Part shown: one piece after another, positions 54,369-64,000 of the stretch
Position numbering within the stretch: the stretch's first letter is position 1
How the letters are laid out: the number at the start of each line of letters is the position of its first letter
Source of the DNA: Spizellomyces punctatus DAOM BR117
Taxonomy: Eukaryota
DNA: 64,000 nt
Reading direction: 5' to 3' (one strand)
NCBI GenBank assembly: GCA_000182565.2
Contig: KQ257462.1
Position numbers and translations under genes: made by a program
Notes under the pieces: model-generated
Databases searched by the model: none
What the model was told of the DNA's origin: nothing
What the model saw: the letters and a program-made list of their open reading frames with translations, nothing else

Positions 54369-55258
54369 CTACTTCTTTCTCTGCGCTTTCCACTTATATA
54401 CCGGCAACCCCTGCTGATCCACCCCAACCTTCTTCTTGGCACCTTTTCCCATCAAATTCTTTTGTAACTCCATCTCCAATTGAGCTTTCCGCAATTGTTC
54501 CTCACGAGCAAGACGGGATGACAGTTCCCGATAGGAACTTTCACGCTGCTTGTCCAGCTTTTTTTGGGTTTTTGGATCGGGTAGGGATATATCGGCCGTT
54601 TTGAGCATGGCAGTTGTGGGCCGGTTGAATTTTCGATGGAGGAGCTCGGCGGGGGTGTCAAAGTAGGTTGATGGATCAAAGGCTTTGGCTGGACAATTGA
54701 AAAGTGTTGATTTAGTATTACGTCCAATGAACGTAGAACCCTCAAACCAAACACACCTTCCGCCTCATCATCCACAAAAATCGTATGTCTTGGTTTCGAC
54801 TTTACTCTTGGCTCACTTTCACCCTCTCCATCACTCTCATCCCCCAATTCCATCCCGTCTTCCTCCTCCTCTTCCTCCTCCTCCTCACCTTCCAACATGT
54901 GTAGTCGATCCTTTAACCTCTCAATCTTCTTCCCATTGATACTCCTTTGATAATTTACATAGTTCTGATCCTGCGTCTTTAACAATCGCAAGAAATCATG
55001 CTCAAATTTCTCTTGTCGTTCCACAATATGTACACCCTTCTTGGTTTTTGCATTGATCATGCCAAAGTAGAACTCATCAGGATTCCGGAAGGCGGCCTTT
55101 TGACGGAGTGTTTTGAGAGCATTTTGCTTTTTGTGGTAGTCTCGGGCTCGGAGGACATAGTCTTTGTGTTTTTCGAGGAGACCTAACCGTTCTCGGGAGG
55201 CGAGTTGGCCTCTCTCCCGGTGGTTTCTTCGTTGAACGGCGTTGCGGAGGGAGGACAT
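54369..55258 (-). CDS. UTP11: U3 snoRNA-associated SSU processome protein Utp11 (2 exons)
   Basis: MSSLRNAVQRRNHRERGQ..LGLLEKHKDYVLRARDY..RNPDEFYFGM; ends VYKWKAQRKK*. Confidence 0.96.
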
Positions 55259-55602
55259 GGTGGTGAGTGGCGGGTGCTAGAGTCGATATGCCTATTCAAA
55301 ATATCTGTGGTGCAAGTCTGAGTAAAGGCAATGAACAAAAGCTTTGCTGATCTATACCACAGATCACCTGGAATAAAAAGTCAAAAGAGGATGAACCAAA
55401 AGAAAGCAATTGAGGGAGAATGGCACGTGTTTTACGCCCACGTGATATCATTCGTACAAGGCGACTTTTCTATTTTCTAGGGCTACCTACTTTAATAAAC
55501 ACAGAGCACAAACTACATAAAAAACCAAAAACAGCTAGATACAGAGTAAATGTCAATATAACAAGACACACAGAATAACTGTCATTTATAAATGGCATAA
55601 AA

Positions 55603-57467
55603 TCAGGATGATGACTGCGGCGCGAGGATTGTCATTGGGAAGGCACCGTGTTGCCCAGTACGGAGATTTGTCCCTGTACACCAGCCGTCACTGAAGGCTT
55701 GGCTAGAGAATTCAAAAAGAAAAACTGAGACATGTATTCTCTTTTCAAGTAATAAGTGGATAACAACAATTACCTTATGACAACAGCATCACCAGGAATG
55801 ATGACAATCTCATCAGGCTGTGAAGGCTTGAAGGCCATGGTAGCAACTCTCTTTTGGCCCAAGTCTTGCGACAGGTGCTTAGAGTCTGGAGCAGCTACAG
55901 GCGTACTGGAATCACCTTGACTGCCGTCGTCAGATCGAGCGAACGTCTGGTAGGCTGGCAAAGTCTCGTAAGGAGGGCCATGGGAGGATCCACTGGCAGT
56001 AGCTGCCTCTGCTGCTGCTTCCGCTGCCTTGTACACAAATGCAAATCCTGGCGCCTGCGCCGGGGGCTCTGCGATTGTGTTCTGAGTTGATCCATGAGCA
56101 CCAGAAGGTCCTTCGTGCGACTCAACCATCGTCTCTGCCGATGGGGTGCGCGACGTCCTGTTGGCTGGCAGTGATGATTTCCTCTCAAGGGACGAGCCAG
56201 ACGGAGCGGTCCTTAAAGAGTTCAAAGCAACGCCCACAGGAAGAATCTCATGAACTGGGGCAAGATTGCCGAAACCGGTGTACGAGACCGGATATGACGG
56301 ACCCGAAGGGGCGGTCCACGGTCCACCCGTACCAGGAGAAACTACTTCGACTCCGCCCGGCCCGGCCGGTGACGGTACGTTTCCACTTCCCCATTGACCA
56401 GGTCCCATTGCATCCATTCCACCAAGTCCGGCATTCGGGGAGGGAAGTGTACCAGGAGTGCCCCACTGACTGTTTCCAGGTAAAACTTCAACTCCACTTG
56501 ATACTGGAAGAGTGCCATAGTGCCCACTTGATACTCCATCAACTCCGCCGCCACCGTAGTTATACATTGACGGGTTCATACTCTGAAAATCCGGTTGCGG
56601 TGACACGCCTCCAAAGCCAACCGGACTGTACCCGCCTGCTGTAGGGTAGCCTCCACTCATAGGCCGCTCGGGGGCAGACGTCACAATTTCCTCATGCTGT
56701 ACACTAGGCGGACTTGTGGGGCGCAAAAACTTGTTGTTAGCACCAAAAAGATCAGACATGGGTTTCGAGCGTCCGAATTCTTCATTGTCACCCTTTCTGG
56801 CCCGTTGACGCCAACGTACCACACCCGTACCAACTAGCCCAATAACGGCCATAGAGAACAAGCCGCCGATTATGCTCCCCACAATGACCGCCGTCTTCTT
56901 TCCTGCATTTTGACCAGAATCGTTTACTCCTTCGATAGGGACAGCGCCTGTCACCGGGGTGGTTGTGATCGCAGGAGGAATATCTACTATCACGGTCGCG
57001 GTAACCCTAGGAGTTCCATTTGACGTGAAAGTGATCAGCTGGGTACGCGACGTCGGTGGTGGGGTGATCACTACCGGCGATGGCGGTAGAGGTGCGGCAG
57101 TGGTGGATGCACGAGGAGATGGCGCAGGCTGTGTTGGCTGCGACGATACCGGCGGGGGCGGGGCCGCTGTCGTGCTTGTGGGTGGTGGCGATGGGGGTGC
57201 CGATGAGGACGAGGGTGGGGGCGCGGGCGCCGTTGTGGACGAAGGCGGGACGGGATTCGACGACGTTGGTGGGACGCTAGAAGTAGGAGGACGCGGAATC
57301 TGCTCCGTGTTTGGGGGATCCACTATTGGGCCTCTGGTCGCAGTCTGTGATGGCAACGGTTGCCCGTATACACCCACAAAGGTGGAAGCCAACAGACAGA
57401 GTGCGATCAACAGAAGGGGAAGGAGTCCACTCGCCCCGCGGTTGCGATGTCGCGTTATTCGGGGCAT
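55603..57467 (-). CDS. Mucin-like single-pass membrane protein with C-terminal SH3 (2 exons)
   Basis: Signal/anchor LLPLLLIALCLLASTFVGVYG, Pro/Ser/Thr-rich ectodomain, TM VIVGSIIGGLFSMAVIGLVG, SH3 FKPSQPDEIVIIPGD..FSDGWCTG..GAFP. Confidence 0.85.
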
Positions 57468-57900
57468 TCTGCAACTTTTGAGTCTTTCACAAGGGTCCTT
57501 GCTACGAAAAAACTGGAAGCTGGTAGTATCGGGCGAGGAGGGCGCGAACCTGTGTGATGATCTGGTGGTCAGCCTATTAAGCAGTATGCAAGATGAACTC
57601 TTTAACGAGAATGCCAATGTACTCCGACAACCCAGCAGGGACTAACACTGCCCCCCAGGTGTGCGCAGCTAAACAACTTTTGCCATTTCCCTACCTTTGC
57701 ACCTTTCCAAATTCCTTATCCTTGAGGCAAATTCACGTCGAACCTCGACTGCGACAAGTTTCGTTACTGTGCGCTGAAGCCTGCCAAAGGTTCCGAACTG
57801 AAAATGCTGCGAGAAGGGCGGGCTTTCCGTTGGATTTTCGCCTTGATATAAAGTCGCGGGAAAGAAAATATCTTGTGGCAGGATAGCTGAGGGCTGAGCA

Positions 57901-57914
57901 GCTGCCATGGCAAC
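57901..57914. promoter_or_regulatory. RFX X-box-like palindrome GCTGCCATGGCAAC
   Basis: 13/14 match to GTTGCCATGGCAAC, about 430 nt upstream of the mucin-SH3 gene. Confidence 0.45.
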
Positions 57915-58133
57915 AGCGAGTTTCACACCTCCCCCCGATTTGACACATGGGCTGTGATGGAGATATCGTTAAGCCTTTTGGGCTGTGGGCTTTTTGTCGA
58001 TATTTATTGGGGTTAGACTTTCATGATTGAGATATTTTTCATGCATGTTTGTAAAGAGTTTTACAAGTGAAGGACAGCAGTGAAATATCATTCATCAAAA
58101 TGTACAAGCGATTATTGGGATATTGAAGTCATT

Positions 58134-58679
58134 TTACAACCGACTCTTGCCCATTGGCCTTCCTGTCCCACTTTCTGCGTTAGCTAATCCACCAGAATGA
58201 ATTGGGCCTTTCTGAGGGGGTGGAGGAACACCACCGCCTTCCCTTCGTCTATCTTTCTCCTTCTCATGACGGCCGGCATCCTCACTGTCGCTGGACGAAG
58301 GAGCAGACGATTCACCTTTGCTGTTTTTGAGATGGGCGATTGGCTGTGCTTGGGAAGATGAGTTGGGCAAGTCGCGATGGGGAGATCGAGCATCTTCGGG
58401 AAGGGTGTGCATTGGTTTTGGTGGGTTTGAGGGAGGATTCAGCTTGCGGCCATCATTTGCAGCCGTTACAAATGTGGAAGGCGGCTTTGGCTCGGATGAG
58501 AGTTTGCGACGAGATGCTTCATCTGGAATGGCTCTGTAGGGTGCAGCAATGTCCGCTCATTAAAATCCTTTTCTTCCAGATGATAATCTGTTGTCAAACT
58601 CATACCTTTGAAGAACCTCGACTTCTGCTGAAGGGACATCAGGTTTGTCAGGGTTTTCAATACGTTTGTCTATTTGCAT
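58134..58679 (-). CDS. Orphan disordered protein of about 157 aa with C-terminal PTS1 (-SRL), 2 exons
   Basis: ACATC-ATG start, GTATGA...CTACAG intron (about 58605-58533) joins frames, ends GRPMGKSRL*. Confidence 0.65.
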
Positions 58680-59561
58680 GATGTTGTCAAAGAACAGTAA
58701 AAGAGGATGCGTGCTTTTTGGATGTGCTGCTAGAACAGGTGCTCGTTTGTCCTTTTTATATCAGCGACAAAGTGATGATCGACGGGGGGATTATGTCACA
58801 GCCGCGTTGGATCATGGTGACGCTGGTGGGGGCGCTCGCGTCCAAAAGATGGATACCGCTAATCTATCTTTCTGTTGCGGAAACCAACGGAATTGCATCA
58901 AAAGGCAGCAAATGTATGCAGTGACCAGCATCAGATTCACCTCAACTTAACTGATTAAATAGTTACTGGGTTTGCATCTCTCCGAATGATCGTCATCTGG
59001 TGCAGCGAGTAGCAATTGAAAGTCACGCACAAAAGTATATGAATTGAAAAACTACTGATTGCTCCGATGCAAAGGAAAGTCCATGAAGTGGAGTATTTTT
59101 CATTCTGATTATACCAATCATCGCTTCTACACATCACTGTATGGTCAAGAAACATGATCGACTGAAGCCATCTGCTGTACAAAATAATGCGAAGCTCGTC
59201 TGATACATTGACAAGACGTCACGCTTGGGGAGAAAATACCATTTGAATACTGTAACTCGACTCCTGCAAGACAGTTTGACAGATTGTTGGCAGAGGATAA
59301 GAAGGTCAAGAGGAAGAGCGATTACATAACTAACGGCCACACGTGATCAGAAAGTTGGAAAGTGCCAGCGGGGGATCAGCAGCCATCTTCCTTTCATCCA
59401 TCCAGAGTCCCCACGGCCTACCTCACCGCGTATTTCCCGACGTTCTGGATATCTAAAACAACATTTAAATCGACGTACGCACGCTATCTATTTCCGCCCA
59501 TCACGGCGTTTAGCTTCTTGTTCGCCCAAAAAAAACCGTTTCTGTTTCCTCAAAGTTTGCA

Positions 59562-61042
59562 ATGGAGGCTCTGTTCTTTAACGTTGAGGACGGGTTCCTT
59601 GAGGCCATGGTCCGTGGGTACAAGGCTGGAATTCTTAATTCGACGAATTATATCAATTTGACGCAGTGTGAGACGTTGGATGGTGCGTGGCATATTATGA
59701 ATTGCGTTATAAAAGCATGTTTCAAAACATATTGGTTCCACTGCTCACGCGAATTTCATCGACGCAGACCTCAAACTGCAGCTTGCATCTACCGATTATG
59801 GAAACTTCTTGCAGAATGAACCTTCTCCGTTGGCAACCACGACTATTGCAGATAAGGCCCGTGAAACGCTCGTGTCGCATTTCCAGTACATGAGGGCGAA
59901 TGCAGTGAAGCCTTTGGCAACGTTTTTGGATTACATTACGTGAGTTTTCTGTTGTATAGGCTATGGGGAAGAGTGTAGGGCGGGTTTCACAACGTTGATG
60001 CAATCGGACGGAGACACAAAGCGTTTTTCAGTTGATTTCTGAGACCTCGAGAGCTGAGCCTCCAGTTAACCTCTGCATTGATTTGTTTGTCAGCTATGCA
60101 TACATGATAGACAATACCATCCTCTTGATTACCGGTACGCTTCACGAACGCGATACAAACGATCTATTAGAGCGATGTCACCCTCTTGGCATGTTCGATG
60201 GTATCGCAGCGCTATGTGTCGCAACAAATGTTGCGGAACTCTTTAACACTGTCTTGGTTGAGTCCCCATTAGGTAAACTGGCCTCAACTGATAATGTATC
60301 AAAACGGAGTGTACTAAATGTCCTTTCATGATTTTAGCACCGTACTTTGAAAAATGCCTTTCAGCGCAGGACTTGGATGAAATGAACATTGAAATCATCC
60401 GGAACACGCTGTACAAAGCTTACTTGGAGGATTTCTATGGCTATTGTTTGCAATTGGGTGGACCGACTGCCGAGGTTATGGGAGAGATTCTGCAGGTAGG
60501 CGCGAAAATGACAATCTTGCGTGTCACGTTGTGCGCTGGCTCATGTCGCTGTCGCATAGTTTGAAGCAGACCGCCGAGTCATCAACATCACGATCAACTC
60601 TCTAAACACAGAGCTTAGCAAGGATGACCGAGCAAAGCTGTTTCCGACTTGCGGAAGACTGTACCCAGAGGGAACTTATAAGCTTGCTCGTGCGGATGAT
60701 GTAGACCAAGTTCGTCTGGCCGTAGAAAATTACCCGGTAAGCGTGGCATCCCTTTGCCAACTGGTCAATGCCATTTTCAACCAAGCATACCAACCATTTT
60801 GTTTACAGGAGTACAAACAATTCTTTGACATTCCCGTCGGATCGGACCGATCGCTCGAAGACAAATTCTTTGAGTACGAAGTCCACCTGAACAAACGGGC
60901 CTTTACGCAGCAATTCCAATACGGCGTATTTTACGCTTACGTCAAATTGAAGGAACAGGAGATTCGCAATATTGTGTGGATAGCGGAGTGTATCGCTCAG
61001 CAGCAGAAGGACAGGATTAACAATTACATTACAATCTTTTGA
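59562..61042 (+). CDS. VMA6: V-ATPase V0 subunit d, multi-exon
   Basis: [80 protein letters not shown]. Confidence 0.97.
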
Positions 61043-61155
61043 ATGCTGTTTATGGCTGTAGTGAATAGAAAGCGTTTTCTTGAGAATTGTTTCCGCAGAC
61101 TATCCGCCCCTCTTTTATTGCAATGAACTTGGACAATTTACATAATGCTAACCCG

Positions 61156-63794
61156 TCACACAACCACTCGGTTGATCGCAACAGGGTTGATGACTGATGA
61201 AACAGATAATTCGTAACCATACATTCTCGCATCAGCGTATACTAACAAAAAAAGCGAACCAACGTCAGTTTCGAGATACAATAAATAATTTGTATTTAAT
61301 GCTTTGTACTCACGAAAATGAACTCGATAAAATGACAAAGCAGCATCCACGGGTGACGGATGTTTGGAAACAAACATGCCAAGTAAGGGCGCATTAGGTG
61401 GGACGTGATGCGGAAGGACATCTTCCACGGCCTGTGGTTGAACCCAAAATTAAGCCTCGCAAAAGGCCACCAGGAATATTTAAAACTTACGAGCATGAAT
61501 TTACTCTCACTAGTTGCCTTATCGTGGGTTCTGAAAAACGGATGCCGTCTTTTAAGAAAACAGTGCCATCTGGTTCAACGAGAGTGATCACGGTATGTAC
61601 CGTAAGAGCCGGATAAGTGCTGCTGTTCCCTTTTGACTTGCCACAACCGCGGCACTCAATTCCTCAATCCATTCCACCATGCACAGTCCTAATAAAGTTC
61701 ATTAGAAACAACCCAATACGTTGTCCCAAATACAAATATGCGGAACACTCACGATCATACAAATTCAAAACAGGGTCCATCCTGGGATCGAACCGACTAA
61801 TGACCTTTTGTATCATATGCAGCGTGTTCAGCGTCTCCGTGTGCAAAAGAAAAAGATTATCGACACTCGTGCAGAGGATCAAATCTCGCGGAAGGTCGCC
61901 TGCTAATTTGATGCTGTGTGGGGGCGTTGGGACCATTGGCCGCTGCCGCCACTGTCTCCACCAGCTTAACGGGCGGTAAACAAAGGGGTAATAGGATTCT
62001 GTATCAGTTGAGGCAGAATCATCAGATTCATCAACGATTTGAGATGTATCAGAGTCACTATCTGTTATTTGCGGCGGCAAGGGGGGGATGCTAGAAAAGC
62101 TTTCATTTTCATCCAATATGGAAGACCATTCGCTGGCCCCCTCGTCTTCGAGATTGGGTGCGGGGTATCCAGTCAGCGAGGTGGTTGCATCCATTGGATC
62201 GCTGTCAAGAGGTTCGGCCAGGGTGGAAAGATTGCTGGTGTGGTCCATGAGGAACATAGCTAAGCGGGATTCTGAGTCAGGGTCTTCACCATTTGTTGTT
62301 TCCAGCTCATTTTGAGGAACGGATGGGGATGTGTCGTTTTCTGGGAAAGGATTTGTCGGGAATGGGGATTCAAGGGCCATATCTTCCGGTAAATCCATGA
62401 CCATGCACGTATCACCAGTAGCTACTCGCTCCACCTCAATTGGCTCCTCGTCAACATCAAGAACACTGTCGTAATCAGTATCATCCATTCTGACGGGCTC
62501 GACATCAGAATCAGAGTTGTCGCCAAAATCCTCCTGTGAAGCCTCGGACGCCGTGTCCCTCTGCTGATTAGACGTTGTATCGGGTACCGAGGGGCCAGTA
62601 TCGGGTACAAGCCGTTGCCGTAGCGTTTGCAATACATCCTCGCGACGTCGTTTGAATGGGTTGCATTCATCTGGCGTGGATGACGGTATGTGTTTGAACA
62701 ATGAGGGCTGAATGAAGCGGGCAACCCACCCCCTGGACGATGAAACATTAGAATAATTTTAAATGGAGACCGTGGCTATAGATATGCTGCAGTACCATTG
62801 CCCGTCTACTTCGCGAGAATAAAGAGTCTCGCCAGTTTTGATGTTCCATATTCGGAGAGTGCAATCTAAAAGGGTCCCATGAATCAGATTGCTGACACCA
62901 TCTTGCGGATATCGCAAACAGAATATAACACCTATAGAACATGATAGCAGGTACCTCCCACATGAACTGAAGTCAATGGCAGGAACATTATGTTCGTGTC
63001 CCACAAGCTCTCTCTTCTCAACGCCGCCGAGTGGATCGCCATCTCTGTCACTGACGAAATTGCCATGGCTTTGATAGCTTGACCTCAGATTCCATACCAT
63101 AATAGTATGCGAATTAGCCGAAACAGCGAGTAAATACGACGGTCCGTGTATCGCAATGCCCCACGCCGAGTCTCGATGCCTTTTTTGACGTGCAAAAAGA
63201 AGGCCCGTCAACCATCACACCATGAGGGCACAACTGAACAGTGTCTTGTAACGCACTGCAGTACAATTGGGTGGCGATCTAGATCTGCGGTGAACCAGAC
63301 GTGGACGAGGTGGTTGTCGTCAACTGCTACAAGGACTTCTTCGGTTCCGATTTCTCCGACTCGAATGGCATTGATCGGTCCATCATGTTCCTGGTAGTGA
63401 GAAATAAAAACGCAAAGAGTCGATTAATAAAACCTCGCAAAGCGTATGAGCTGGCCGATATTTCCCCCAAAGAAATCCTCACGCACCTCACCAGAACCAC
63501 TCTTGAGCACACGATACGGTGCAATCGAGAAGCGCTTATCGAACCGATGCGGATTACGATAGACATTGATTTGCTGATTAACGGCTACAAAGAAAACGTC
63601 GCTATCCCGTACACTGGCGGCAGTCAAGTTCATTCGCTTCACAGCAAGTTGAGTTGTCAATGAGATCGTGTAAACTTTTATGACTACGGCATACCCACCC
63701 AGGTTGGCGCATGGTCCAGACCACTTATGCGTTGTCCTGCATATAGATCTTCAATAACAATGGGCTGATATGGGCATGCGAGAAATGTGGGCAT
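61156..63794 (-). CDS. CRT10: CRT10-like WD40 protein with acidic insert, multi-exon
   Basis: W|RMNLTAAS..FFVA, INAIRVG..EVLVAVDD, SAWGIAIH..LAVSANSHTIMVW, GHEHNVPAIDF. Confidence 0.75.
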
Positions 63795-64000
63795 GACTTG
63801 CAGATCTGACCTGGGAAGCGGTGGAAGCTTGTGTTGTTGATGACGAGACGGGTTATAAACTTATGATCACGAATCGTCACGTGTTAAATAATTATAATCG
63901 CTACGATCAGCTTACGTTTACCCAACCAGAAAAGGATATGCAGGACGCTTGCAAAACGCAGCAAATTGGACGCCAATAAAAGGGAAAGGGAGCAAGCCTT

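Overview
Gene-dense, intron-rich eukaryotic DNA: about 26 protein-coding genes with mostly 50-70 nt GT-AG introns and short intergenic spacers. Fungal-type housekeeping genes (SMC1, DDI1, DBP6, HEM1, PSA1, VMA6, CRT10, RPL8) occur alongside flagellar/centriolar genes (ODAD2/ARMC4, CCDC77, LRRC71-like, PTPDC1-like, a CEP152-like protein). That combination points to a zoosporic fungus, probably a chytrid (inference). I found no transposon, tRNA, rRNA or CRISPR. The most interesting signals: (1) a long, densely structured first intron of RPL8/eL8 with a cloverleaf and a possible poison 3' splice site; (2) a structured element next to UTP11 carrying a 16-nt match to 18S rRNA; (3) an orphan disordered protein ending in PTS1 (-SRL); (4) a Skp1/Elongin-C-like domain fused to LRRs; (5) a probable divergent CEP152/Asterless; (6) two single-pass SH3 receptors, one with a Frizzled-like Cys-rich ectodomain and cytoplasmic repeats; (7) GC-AG introns and microexons; (8) CACGTG, MCB and X-box promoter motifs. 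Gene identities come from motif recognition only, with no database search. Exon boundaries were traced by eye.
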